A stretch of DNA of 41,564 nucleotides, taken from contig JBFWVI010000028.1 in the NCBI GenBank assembly GCA_050246815.1, positions 1 through 41,564 of the forward strand, in the 5' to 3' direction. Origin of the DNA: Bdellovibrionales bacterium. GTDB taxonomy: Bacteria; Bdellovibrionota; Bdellovibrionia; Bdellovibrionales; UBA1609. Below, one piece after another: positions 1-9,046 of the stretch (positions are counted from its first letter, which is position 1; the number at the start of each line of letters is the position of its first letter). The position numbers were made by a program, and so were the translations under genes. The notes below the pieces were generated by a model, which had not been told where the DNA came from, did no database searches, and saw only the letters and a list, made by a program, of their open reading frames with translations.

Positions 1-59
1 GCCCTTACCCTTTGGGCAGGGGCGCGAATTTCCGCTCCCCAAAACAGGGAGACTCCGAC

Positions 60-368
60 ATGAAATCATTTAGAACCTACCAACTGGCTAAAGAATTGTT
101 CCACGCGACGCAGTCCCTTAAGGTCACAGGCGAAGTTCGTGATCAACTGAAACGGGCCTCGCTCTCGATCGTCTTGAACCTGGCCGAAGGAAGCGGGAAA
201 GACGGCAAAGACCGAGTGCGGTTTTTCAAAATAGCCTTCGGCTCACTGCGTGAAACGCAGGCGTTGCTCGACATACTGAACGAAAAGGACCTAGAGGCAA
301 AAGCCGACAGGCTTGCAGCCGGGTTGTACAATCTGATCCGAAACCCAGGGCCGGGGCCCGCGGCCTGA
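60..368 (+). CDS. Four-helix-bundle protein (23S rRNA IVS protein / bAvd-like family)
   Basis: ATG at 60 after GGGAG SD. Family signatures F..YQLA, DQLKRASLSIVLNLAEGSG and FFKIAFGSLRETQALL. 102 aa. Confidence 0.9.
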   Translation: MKSFRTYQLAKELFHATQSLKVTGEVRDQLKRASLSIVLNLAEGSGKDGKDRVRFFKIAFGSLRETQALLDILNEKDLEAKADRLAAGLYNLIRNPGPGPAA

Positions 369-404
369 AGCCCGAGGCCAGTGGCCAGATGCCAGATGCC
401 AGAA
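356..404 (+). repeat. Degenerate heptamer tandem array (GCCNGNN)x7
   Basis: GCCCGCG GCCTGAA GCCCGAG GCCAGTG GCCAGAT GCCAGAT GCCAGAA, an exact 7-nt period spanning the stop codon of the four-helix gene. Confidence 0.85.
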
Positions 405-437
405 ACAGCTCTCGTTGCCCGAGACCCAAATCCCGGC

Positions 438-3400
438 TTAGGCCGAAATCTCGGGCTGCCCGCTGCCACTTCGGCGGTGAGTTTGAACCTTCAAATCAAC
501 TTTGCTATGCGACTCAAACCGCGACAGTACTTCGTAAATGCAAGGCACCACAAACAAAGTCAAAAGCGTCGACACCACGGTGCCCCCGATAATCGTTAGC
601 CCCATCGGTGTCCTGGTTTCCTGCCCCATACTATTACCGATCACCAACGGCAGCGCGGCCACAATGGTCGCCACTGAAGTCATTAAAATCGGGCGCAATC
701 GAACCGGGCAAGCTTTGATCAAAGCCTCTTTGATCGACTTCACGCCACCTTCGCGCACTTGATTGGTGAATTCGACCAGCAGAATAGAATTCTTTTTGGC
801 AATCCCCATCAAAACAATCAAACCGATAAAGCTGAACAAGTTGAGCGAAGTCCCAGTCAGCCACAAAATCAGCAGCGCTCCCGTTACACTGAAGGGCAGT
901 GCGACTAAAACTGAGATTGGATGAATAAAAGAATTGAATTGAACAGCCAAGATCATATAAGCCACCAAAATTCCCATCAGCAGAGCGGTGATAAGGCTTG
1001 AGAAACTTTCACTTAAGCCCGCCGAAGTTCCCTCTAGCGACACATGATAGCCATCGGGCAACACTTCCTGTGCGATTTTTTTTACTTTGGCCAGCACATT
1101 GGCTTGCGACTGACCGGTTTTGATATTGCCGAAAACCCCGATCGCCCGCTGACGATTGACTCGGGTGATCGACTGGAATGTCTTTTCACGTTGAAAGGTC
1201 ACCACTTCGCGCAGAGGCACGGAATTGCCAAAGTTATTTCGCACGTAGATCTTTTCGATATCTTTGGGTGAAGTAATCATGTCGTCGAGCAGTTTCACTC
1301 GAATATCATACCTCTTGCCATCGGCGGTGAAACGGCTTTGCCGCAAGCCCGCTACCGTGGCGTTCAAAGTGGTGGCCACAGCCTCCACGCTGACCCCTAA
1401 TCGTGCCATAGACGTGCGGTCGGGAAAAATTTTAAGCTCAGGGATACCCATCTTAAAATCCGTGTCCAGATCTTGAGTCAAACCAGCCGCATCCAGTCGC
1501 TCTATAATCTCTTGAGATTTTGTTTGCAGAACTTCTAGGTCGGGACCGATCACGTTGAACGAAATTGGAAACTGCCGGCCCGAGGTCAGCCCGCGGCTCG
1601 ACATATCGCGCATTGAAATCCGGACACCTTTGACCTGTTTAAATTGTTCGCGCAATTCGTCCATGATTTGGACGTGAGTGAGTTTGCGGGTCTCGCGCGA
1701 TTTCAAAAAGGTGGGCATAAAGAACTGATTCACTTCCGCCGAGGGCCCCCCGGCCCCAGCTGAAATAAAAAAACGTGCGATATAAGGGTTGCCGCGCACA
1801 AGTTTTTCGATTTCCATGGCTTTTTCGACGGTGACCTTTAGCGAGGTGCCGGGCGGGGCTTGGCCCGTGATCATAATTAAATCTTGGTCTTGCATCGGCA
1901 CGAACTCTTGCTTCACGCTGCGAACGAGTAACATCGAAGACGCAAACACCAGCAATGAAATAAGGGTCACGGCTTTGGGGCGTTTGAGGGTGCTGGTCAA
2001 AACACGGGCATAAAAGCGATCAAGCCTAAAGAATAATGTTTCAAGATAATGCTCGAATTTGGTGGTTTTCGGGGAGGTGGACATAAATGCCGCAGACCGC
2101 ATCGGCGTGATAGTCACGGCTTCCACCAGTGACAACAACACGGCCGCCGACATCGTCACGCCAAATTGAAAAAAGAACTTGCCGACGACGCCTTCCATGA
2201 AAATCACCGGCAAAAATACCGCGACTACCGCCAGTGTCGCCGCTGTAGCGGCGGGGAGAATTTCAATGGCACCGTCATATGCTGCTTGAGCAGGGCTTTT
2301 TTTCATACGATAATGGCGCACAATATTTTCAAGCAACATGATCGCATCATCGACCACAATTGAAATCGCCAGGGTTAAGGCCAGCAATGTGAATAAATTC
2401 AAAGTGAAGCCAGAAAAATAAACGATCAAAAAAGTTCCAACGATCGAAGTGGGGATTGAAAACAAAACGTTGACCGCGGCCTGCCAACTGCCCAGAAATA
2501 AAAAGCACACCAAAATCGTAATCAATGCCGCCACGCCCAGCTTTTCATACGTGGTGTGTACAACGGCTTTGGTGGAGCGCGTAAAGTCAACGTTCACTTG
2601 CAGCTTGTAACCTTCAGGCAGAAGAGCTTGCAGTTCAGCGACTTTTTTATGAACCGACTCGGCCAAAGCCACTTCGTTACTGCCACGCTGCTTGCGTATG
2701 CTGATTGAAATAGCGTCTTTGCCGTCGATACGGGCGATGCGGCGGACATCGCTTAGACCATCTTCGACCTTGGCCACATCCTTAATGTAAAAATCGCGAT
2801 CTTGGTTGTACATCGCACCACCGCCACGAGTCAGGATACGGATGTTACCCAGATCTTCGGGGCTGATGGCTTCGCCCATCCAGCGCACGCGCAATTCTTC
2901 TTTGCCCTCGACAAATTGTCCGGCGGCACTTTCTAGGTGCTGGCTCTTCACAGCATTTAGAATATCGACCACGGTGATGTCGCGTTGGCGCATTTTCTCG
3001 GGATCCGGCCAGATCCGCAAGTTGCGTTGGCTGAAACCGCCGATGCCTACTTCGCCAATGCCGGGCAGAAAGCGGAATTGGTCTAGTAAAAAGTTTTCGG
3101 TCCAATTGATCATATCTTTGAGTGGTTTGTCAGAGACGACACCGACAAACATAATCGGTTGGTCTTCAGGATTGGTCTTGCGAATCACGGGGGGGTCAAT
3201 GCCCACAGGCAGTCGCAGCTGACTGAGCGCCGCTTGCACCTCTTGCAATGCCACATCGACATTGCGGTTGATATCGAAGTCTAAGACCACGTTACCGCTT
3301 CCTTGGCGCACGCTGGAGCGCATTTGCTTGATACCTTCGATTTCCAACAGGCGAGCTTCGATCGGCTCGATCAACTCGGACTCAACGACTTCGGGTGATG

Positions 3401-3560
3401 CACCCTCGTAAGTGACTGAAACCGATAAGACAGGGAAGTCGATATCGGGTAGTTGGCTGATCCCTAAACGATTGGCGCAGATCGCGCCGAAGATAATCAA
3501 AGCCGACATCAGGATCCAGGCAAAGACCGGTCGTTGAATAGACAGCGAGATTAAGTTCAA
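438..3560 (-). CDS. RND efflux permease, AcrB/AcrD/AcrF family
   Basis: About 1040 aa with SIQRPVFA, GASPEVVE, IVVDDAIMLLENI, GIAKKNSILLVEF and RLRPILMTS motifs. Likely TTG start at 3560 (MNLISLS) after a G-rich SD; the ORF track extends to 3575. Confidence 0.95.
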   Translation of the reverse strand: MNLISLSIQRPVFAWILMSALIIFGAICANRLGISQLPDIDFPVLSVSVTYEGASPEVVESELIEPIEARLLEIEGIKQMRSSVRQGSGNVVLDFDINRNVDVALQEVQAALSQLRLPVGIDPPVIRKTNPEDQPIMFVGVVSDKPLKDMINWTENFLLDQFRFLPGIGEVGIGGFSQRNLRIWPDPEKMRQRDITVVDILNAVKSQHLESAAGQFVEGKEELRVRWMGEAISPEDLGNIRILTRGGGAMYNQDRDFYIKDVAKVEDGLSDVRRIARIDGKDAISISIRKQRGSNEVALAESVHKKVAELQALLPEGYKLQVNVDFTRSTKAVVHTTYEKLGVAALITILVCFLFLGSWQAAVNVLFSIPTSIVGTFLIVYFSGFTLNLFTLLALTLAISIVVDDAIMLLENIVRHYRMKKSPAQAAYDGAIEILPAATAATLAVVAVFLPVIFMEGVVGKFFFQFGVTMSAAVLLSLVEAVTITPMRSAAFMSTSPKTTKFEHYLETLFFRLDRFYARVLTSTLKRPKAVTLISLLVFASSMLLVRSVKQEFVPMQDQDLIMITGQAPPGTSLKVTVEKAMEIEKLVRGNPYIARFFISAGAGGPSAEVNQFFMPTFLKSRETRKLTHVQIMDELREQFKQVKGVRISMRDMSSRGLTSGRQFPISFNVIGPDLEVLQTKSQEIIERLDAAGLTQDLDTDFKMGIPELKIFPDRTSMARLGVSVEAVATTLNATVAGLRQSRFTADGKRYDIRVKLLDDMITSPKDIEKIYVRNNFGNSVPLREVVTFQREKTFQSITRVNRQRAIGVFGNIKTGQSQANVLAKVKKIAQEVLPDGYHVSLEGTSAGLSESFSSLITALLMGILVAYMILAVQFNSFIHPISVLVALPFSVTGALLILWLTGTSLNLFSFIGLIVLMGIAKKNSILLVEFTNQVREGGVKSIKEALIKACPVRLRPILMTSVATIVAALPLVIGNSMGQETRTPMGLTIIGGTVVSTLLTLFVVPCIYEVLSRFESHSKVDLKVQTHRRSGSGQPEISA

Positions 3561-3626
3561 GAAGCCCCCCGGCAATCGAGAGCTTAAATTAGTAGCTTAG
3601 GCGGGACTAAAAATCATCACCGTGAC

Positions 3627-4316
3627 TCAGCGCGCTTGATCGAAGACTTCCGCCCAGACATTCATGGCTTCGACTGAGTAGAGGATTTCAACTTTGCTGG
3701 AACTTAACAAAAGCTTGGTGGGTGCAGGTTTTACCACTTGAATTTGCGGTTCGCCGACAGAAAACTGACCATTTCGGTCCAGCATGGGTTTATAAACCAG
3801 TTGAAAATAAGTTTCCGCGATACTGGCGGCGATCTTGACGACATCCGAAATGTCGCGCGGATCAACGATTAGTGCTTCAACCTCTTGCCCCTGTGATTCG
3901 AAACCCTGCCAGGTGCCTTTGGTCAGGCGGATTTCGCGTTTCATGATGTTGGGTTCCATTTTTTGAGTGAGCTGGTTATAGACCAGCGAGTGCACTTGGA
4001 TTTCAGCGTAATCGCCCTGACGAAATAACGACATTGTCATTTCGGGGTTGGCACCTTCATCTTTGGTGTCCGGCGCAATTAATTTTTGACTCGCTGGCGC
4101 ATTCACGCGACCCAGTTCATGGGTGGTCGAAAAAATCTGGTTGCTCATCTGATAGTGAGTGGTCTGGGGGACTTTTTGATAAACTTCTTTGATGCTGAAA
4201 TTCAAGGCGCGCATTTGGTACTGACCGGGGCCTGGTTGCTGGCCATAAGCCACGAAACTCAAGGTCGCAAGCGACCACACCACTGCCAAAGCTATCAACA
4301 CACGAATCAAACCCAT
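3627..4316 (-). CDS. Hypothetical secreted protein (229 aa)
   Basis: ATG at 4316 gives the signal peptide MGLIRVLIALAVVWSLATLSFVAYG. The upstream part of the track ORF overlaps the next gene and looks non-coding. Confidence 0.7.
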   Translation of the reverse strand: MGLIRVLIALAVVWSLATLSFVAYGQQPGPGQYQMRALNFSIKEVYQKVPQTTHYQMSNQIFSTTHELGRVNAPASQKLIAPDTKDEGANPEMTMSLFRQGDYAEIQVHSLVYNQLTQKMEPNIMKREIRLTKGTWQGFESQGQEVEALIVDPRDISDVVKIAASIAETYFQLVYKPMLDRNGQFSVGEPQIQVVKPAPTKLLLSSSKVEILYSVEAMNVWAEVFDQAR

Positions 4317-4459
4317 TATTTTCAACCCCAACGAAAAACCTTGTGATTTCAGTAAGCAAAGGGCGTTCCTGAAAAAATCACCTGGTGTTGCCGAATATTG
4401 GCACCTGAGCCAAAAGGCCTTGAAGAAAATATCTTGATGTCGAAAAAAGCGGCAAAAAA

Positions 4460-4732
4460 TTACGGCGCTTGGGCGGGAGTCGCCGGTGCTGTGGGCGTGC
4501 TTTTGCCGCGGATCCAAAAGAACATCACGGCACCCATAATGGCGCCCAAAACCATGCCGGCCAGTTGAATCGCGATCAATTTGCTCATGCCCCAATGAAT
4601 CGCGGCATCACAGCTAACGCCAATGTCGACGGGGGGCGTGGCATACCAGGCCAACATCCGCGGTGCCAGAAAAGTCATGGCACTGGCGCAAATCAAACCA
4701 CAAATCAAGATAAACAGCCAAAATCTTGTCAT
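4460..4732 (-). CDS. Small membrane protein (2 predicted TM helices)
   Basis: 90 aa with two hydrophobic segments; sigma70-like promoter directly upstream. Confidence 0.7.
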   Translation of the reverse strand: MTRFWLFILICGLICASAMTFLAPRMLAWYATPPVDIGVSCDAAIHWGMSKLIAIQLAGMVLGAIMGAVMFFWIRGKSTPTAPATPAQAP

Positions 4733-4738
4733 GGCATG

Positions 4739-4767
4739 GTGGTAGCGTGGCAGTTTGAGACAGTCAA
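4739..4767 (-). promoter_or_regulatory. Putative sigma70 promoter, leaderless-type
   Basis: TTGACT-N17-TACCAC, with 6 nt to the ATG at 4732. Confidence 0.4.
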
Positions 4768-4774
4768 CAGAACC

Positions 4775-4802
4775 TCAACCCAGTCGTTTAAAATGCCGAA
4801 AA
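4775..4802 (+). promoter_or_regulatory. Possible sigma28 (FliA) promoter
   Basis: TCAA-N16-GCCGAAAA, 6 nt before the ATG at 4809; spacing is one nt longer than canonical. Confidence 0.35.
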
Positions 4803-4808
4803 GTAAGC

Positions 4809-5360
4809 ATGTCTACGCGGCGGGTAAGGCAATTTTTTTGGATCGTCATGGGGGCCGGATGTCTGGTGATCGCCACGAATATGACAAGGGTAAAAACCCC
4901 GTGGCTGCCTAAGAACATGAAGAGCGTCGAGTCTCAGTCGCAAACACGGCTTGAGCTAAGCTCCGAACTGCCCAAGATTTCACCGGATTCACCACTTTGG
5001 AATGAAAAAATTGTGGCTGAGTCGGGCAAGCGCATGACCTGGAAGGGGCGCACCTATGTCCGCATCGATCAAGAGTGGTACGAGCAGCGCGCGGACAACA
5101 TCTATATGGTGAAAGGAGTGAAAACGTATTTCGTCGACAATGCCCGCGTTGGCGTTGAAAGAATGCCGACCAAAATCGCCAATGCCATGAAAGGTGCCGA
5201 CCAAAAGGCTACCGAAGTTTTAGAAAAAATCAGTCATAACCCGTTGCGGGCTTATTCGCCCGAGCAAATGGGCGAAGTCATGGACGTGGTGAACGAAGCC
5301 AAGGCAAAAGTTGAAGAGCGTGACAAAGCCTTAAAAGAGCTCAGTCGAGCGGATCAGTAA
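4809..5360 (+). CDS. Hypothetical N-terminally membrane-anchored protein
   Basis: ATG 4809; basic N-terminus, one TM segment, beta-rich middle and helical C-terminus. Confidence 0.7.
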   Translation: MSTRRVRQFFWIVMGAGCLVIATNMTRVKTPWLPKNMKSVESQSQTRLELSSELPKISPDSPLWNEKIVAESGKRMTWKGRTYVRIDQEWYEQRADNIYMVKGVKTYFVDNARVGVERMPTKIANAMKGADQKATEVLEKISHNPLRAYSPEQMGEVMDVVNEAKAKVEERDKALKELSRADQ

Positions 5361-5361
5361 T

Positions 5362-6162
5362 TTACAAGCCGACCATTTCTAAACGCAGCTGGCGAAGCAG
5401 TTCGTTTACTTTGCGTTTTTCAGCCTGATTAGAGTCTATGTTGTTACTCAGGTTGCGCACGTCCCATTCAAGATCATTGCGCTGACGCTGGGTACGATCA
5501 TCCAATTGGGTTGAGCTTTGTTCAACGTAGGTGCGGGTCACGGGATCATAAGTGCGTTGGTGTTGCACGACCACGCGGTTATTCAGTTGGGTCAGTTCGA
5601 AACTTTTTCGATTGCGTTCAAGTTCCAACCTAGAAATCTCGCGTTCAAGTTCGCTGACCTGGCGTTCCTTCTCGTTGATCATCGCGGCCAGATGCACCTT
5701 GCGGCCGCGGCGGTATTCTTTCAAGAAGACGGATTCGAGAGTTTTGGGACAGACATTTTCATAGACGGCACCCGAGGCCCCGACAGGGTAGCCATTGGTC
5801 TCTTGGCAGTACTCATTGATGCCATCGGCGTAACGCTTTTGCATGGCTTTGAGCGGCTGGCCGTCACACAGGTTGTAATTGACAGCTTTGCCACTTTTAC
5901 CAGTCAAAAAGATTTGATCCAAGGTGCAATAGCGCCCCATGCCTTCTTTAAAGCCGAGATCCGCGTCTTGGTAGCCGATCTTGGCTTCCACCTTTTGGCA
6001 TTGGCGGACAAAGTCATCAGCGTCCAGGCGTTTGCCACTCATCGCGACATTGTGGCCGTGTTGGCGCCAGTTGGTGTTTTCGCATTCTTTGCGTTTAAAG
6101 TAACTGGCGCAGCCTGTGGTTAAAACCAGCAGGCTGATCCACAGCAATCGCGATGGCCGCAT
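5362..6162 (-). CDS. DUF2799-like lipoprotein with C-terminal coiled coil
   Basis: Lipobox LTTGC. C..TNW..G...A..G followed by two Y/F..G...YC......G..G..Y...C units, then a heptad-rich tail. Confidence 0.8.
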   Translation of the reverse strand: MRPSRLLWISLLVLTTGCASYFKRKECENTNWRQHGHNVAMSGKRLDADDFVRQCQKVEAKIGYQDADLGFKEGMGRYCTLDQIFLTGKSGKAVNYNLCDGQPLKAMQKRYADGINEYCQETNGYPVGASGAVYENVCPKTLESVFLKEYRRGRKVHLAAMINEKERQVSELEREISRLELERNRKSFELTQLNNRVVVQHQRTYDPVTRTYVEQSSTQLDDRTQRQRNDLEWDVRNLSNNIDSNQAEKRKVNELLRQLRLEMVGL

Positions 6163-6186
6163 GACTTAAGGCTCTCCTAAAAAAAC

Positions 6187-6984
6187 TTAATCTTCATCAG
6201 GCTTTTTATTAACTAACCAATCGGCCATTTGATCAATTGATTTTGCAATGCTCATAAAGCCTTCGTAAGTTTCTTGGTCTTTATTGAGCAAGGCCTCAAT
6301 CAACTCTTTCAGTCCCAGTTGGTTTTCTTTGAAGCCCATGTATTCGGGGTTCATTTGCACCGTGACACTGGCACCCATATCGACCCTTGAAACATTCGCA
6401 TTGACTCGTAAGCGGCTAAAATAGACGTCTTCGGGTTTGACCTCCGTGGGCAGCTTGCTCATGTCGACAGACACGTCAAAATGCAAGCGAAGGCTGGTCA
6501 CATGCTCTTGTTCGTCTTTCAACAGTTCATCGATTTTGGCGTCGATCGTCACAGCTTCGCCATATTGTTCGATGTAGGATTTGCTGATATCGGCCAACAA
6601 CTCGGCGGCTTCGGGCGCGGTCTCATCGATCCATTTTTGCGAGAACGCTTTCACCAGATCCAATTTCATGCGCACAGCGGCGTCTACTTGGGGCGGGTTC
6701 TGGCCATCGTTAACGTATTCGACCTTATCGAGTAAAAACTCGAGCTTGTTCTGTTCACCCACTTTGCTGAGGAGCGCGTTCAAACCAAATTTTTGCGCTT
6801 TGACTTCATCCACCAACAAATCAGTGAAGGTGATGCGGACTGTGGTTTTGTCATTGTTGAGCGGTACAAGCAGCTCGGCGACTTGAGCATTCACATCTTC
6901 CAGTGAAAATTTTGAGACGGCGGCGGACGTGACGGTGGCCACCAGCGCAAGGCCTGCCAGCATGGACATTTTAAATTTGGACAT
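6187..6984 (-). CDS. Hypothetical secreted protein (265 aa)
   Basis: AAGGAG SD, Sec signal peptide, acidic mature region. Confidence 0.8.
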   Translation of the reverse strand: MSKFKMSMLAGLALVATVTSAAVSKFSLEDVNAQVAELLVPLNNDKTTVRITFTDLLVDEVKAQKFGLNALLSKVGEQNKLEFLLDKVEYVNDGQNPPQVDAAVRMKLDLVKAFSQKWIDETAPEAAELLADISKSYIEQYGEAVTIDAKIDELLKDEQEHVTSLRLHFDVSVDMSKLPTEVKPEDVYFSRLRVNANVSRVDMGASVTVQMNPEYMGFKENQLGLKELIEALLNKDQETYEGFMSIAKSIDQMADWLVNKKPDED

Positions 6985-7084
6985 AAGTGCTCCTTACTCT
7001 TTTGTTTGCGGTCATTTCAAACTCCAGTGACCAGGCGTCGAAAGCAAGTGAAGCGTGTGCATTGAAAAAAACACTCACCTGGTC

Positions 7085-8413
7085 TTAGTCGAGAAAATAA
7101 AAACTGACTTTAGTCTTGTGGCCTGGAGAGTGGAGCTTAAGAAAAGCGGCCTCAGGCAAGCCGTTGGCACGCTGCGCCTTCAGGCTTTCTTGTTTCAAAG
7201 AACCTGCAAAAATCTGATTCGGTAAAAATCGCATATATCGGTAAGTCATCGAAGGATTTAGGGTTTCATCCCAGTCCTTCTTGAGCGAGGTCATGTTTCG
7301 TTGATCAAATTTGCTGGCCTCGTTCACGGTGTAGGCTCCGATACCAAGACCGAAGGTGGCGACATAGGCCGCCGCATCACCACTCCCAGTTGCGCCGGCG
7401 TCGGACATGATTTTTAGGGCGCCCACCACCACGGCGACGGCCACCGCGATGCCAGCGGCCATGAAGGTGCCTGCGGTTACTTTGCTTAAGAACATGCCCG
7501 TGCCAGTGTATGCGCTTTGGCCGGCGGCTTTGGTTAAGTATCGCGAACCACTGACGGCATCGCGGATTTGTGAATTACGCTGCTGGTGTCGAGTGTACCA
7601 GTTTTTTGAATTTGAACCCGACATCAGCACATGGGCTTGGCCATTCTCATCATACAAAGTGACTTGGTCGCGCAAGGGGGCCACGTCAAAGCGCAGGCTT
7701 TCAAGGCCGGTCAGGGCGGATTTGGTGGTGTTGGGCTGCCAAGTGGGTTCAGGACCTGAGCCCACCAAAACGATTTGCAGATGGGTCGGTGGATCATCTT
7801 TTTCAGCCATGGCTTTGGCCCATTTGTAGCGATTGTCCAACTCAAAGGCGCGGCGCAAGTCGACACGTGCATGTTCCCATTCATTACAGTAAAGCCACAG
7901 CCCCGCCAGGATTAAGCGAAGGCCCGGATCATCAAAGTCGCCGGTGCGTTCACTGTAGTGACCTTGCAGCAATTGGGCGGCTCGCTGCGCTTCGACCCGG
8001 GCCGGTTCCCGTTTTTGTTGGGCGGCATAACTTAATCCTGCGACCAAGTGCAGCCAAATCACCTCGTGCTCGGCGGGTAAGTAACCATCTTCAGACTCTT
8101 GGTAAAAAAAATGTCCAAGTTCTTTGCTAACGTAAATGACTTCTCGCTTTTCCAGTTCGTCGGAAATTTTGACCATGGGTTCGGGCTTGGGTGTCGCACC
8201 CAACAGGTTCAAATAGCCGGTTTCAACCGTGGTCAAAAAGCCACCGACTTCGCGTTTTTGGGGGAATTCAGCCAAAGCCATTTGAGGTTGGCCCTTTTTC
8301 AGCTGGGCACGGCTTGGTTCATAGTCTTTCGCGCTCAGCAAACCGGTCGAAGCGCAGCCGCAGGTCAGCAATGTAAACAAAAATAATGTGCATAAACCTG
8401 TGCATTTGTTCAT
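7085..8413 (-). CDS. Lipoprotein, COG3014-like / TPR-like
   Basis: Lipobox region LLTCGC. YLPAEHEVIWLHLVAGLSY...ARVEAQRA resembles the COG3014 Y..YE..L...ALNY...ARVE.RRA motif. Confidence 0.65.
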   Translation of the reverse strand: MNKCTGLCTLFLFTLLTCGCASTGLLSAKDYEPSRAQLKKGQPQMALAEFPQKREVGGFLTTVETGYLNLLGATPKPEPMVKISDELEKREVIYVSKELGHFFYQESEDGYLPAEHEVIWLHLVAGLSYAAQQKREPARVEAQRAAQLLQGHYSERTGDFDDPGLRLILAGLWLYCNEWEHARVDLRRAFELDNRYKWAKAMAEKDDPPTHLQIVLVGSGPEPTWQPNTTKSALTGLESLRFDVAPLRDQVTLYDENGQAHVLMSGSNSKNWYTRHQQRNSQIRDAVSGSRYLTKAAGQSAYTGTGMFLSKVTAGTFMAAGIAVAVAVVVGALKIMSDAGATGSGDAAAYVATFGLGIGAYTVNEASKFDQRNMTSLKKDWDETLNPSMTYRYMRFLPNQIFAGSLKQESLKAQRANGLPEAAFLKLHSPGHKTKVSFYFLD

Positions 8414-8515
8414 TGGTCTTCACTTGGTTGAGAATAGACCCTAGTGTGACTTCATGCGCCCGCCCACCCTTAAGGCGCTGCAAAAAAATAACGCCATCCG
8501 CTGTCGCCTTGCGTC

Positions 8516-8532
8516 TGTCTCAAATTGAAACA
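8516..8532. promoter_or_regulatory. Imperfect palindrome TGTCTCA-N3-TGAAACA, candidate operator
   Basis: Lies in a divergent intergenic region; near-identical copy at 26528-26544. Confidence 0.5.
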
Positions 8533-8549
8533 AATTGTGAATGAAGCCT

Positions 8550-8576
8550 TCAGGTCGCCGTCAAACTGGCCGATAG
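8550..8576 (+). promoter_or_regulatory. sigma28 (FliA)-type promoter
   Basis: TCAG-N15-GCCGATAG versus consensus TAAA-N15-GCCGATAA, 33 nt upstream of ATG 8610. Confidence 0.7.
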
Positions 8577-8609
8577 TCTAGATACGAGTAAATCGAGGAG
8601 GACGTAAGT

Positions 8610-8915
8610 ATGCATGCGGAGAGCGATGTCACCAGTGTTTATAACTTCTTAAAGGACACTCCCGAAGGCCCCCTGCGCAAAATGCTGGTGGGTGGAGAGA
8701 TGACCGAGAATCACTTTAAAATGCTCATGAAAATTGCCCGCGGTTGCACCGAGGGCGATTTTATTGACGCTTTTAATAACGAAACTATTCCCAAGGTCCG
8801 CCTGACGCCCGCAGAATATCCGATGAGGGAAACCATCTGGCCCATTTGCAAACGCAAATTGATGGCGGTGGGACTGCTAGGCAAGGAAGTGGCAGAAATG
8901 CCAAAGGCGGCTTAA
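8610..8915 (+). CDS. Hypothetical cytoplasmic protein (101 aa)
   Basis: Strong GAGGAGG SD, sigma28-like promoter, protein-like composition. Confidence 0.85.
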   Translation: MHAESDVTSVYNFLKDTPEGPLRKMLVGGEMTENHFKMLMKIARGCTEGDFIDAFNNETIPKVRLTPAEYPMRETIWPICKRKLMAVGLLGKEVAEMPKAA

Positions 8916-9046
8916 TGCCAGAGTTATAGCAGCGAAGATGGTCACTAGCCCTCACAAGATAGACAAGTGGGGGATAGCAAGAGATTGAAAAGACATAGAT
9001 TTTTCGATTTGTAGAATGGTCTGTTTTTTGTAAATGAAAGCGGTGG

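Noticed and set aside
60..368. Diversity-generating retroelement (Avd-like gene)
   Set aside because: No reverse transcriptase and no TR/VR repeat pair with adenine-specific mismatches seen in the window. Sequence upstream of base 1 is unknown.
356..404. CRISPR array
   Set aside because: 7-nt tandem units without spacers and no cas genes.
1..437. 23S rRNA intervening sequence
   Set aside because: The flanks are not rRNA-like; the downstream neighbour is an RND gene.
4317..4595. N-terminal extension of the 3627-4595 track ORF
   Set aside because: It overlaps the 4460-4732 gene in another frame and precedes a clear signal peptide starting at 4316.
4460..4732. CDAAI as a sixth C-[DE]-x-x-L tag
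   Set aside because: It is internal, between two TM helices of a small membrane protein with other Cys residues, so the context differs.
8478..8497. sigma54 promoter on the minus strand (TGGCG...TTGCA)
   Set aside because: GG-to-GC spacing is 12 nt rather than the required 10.
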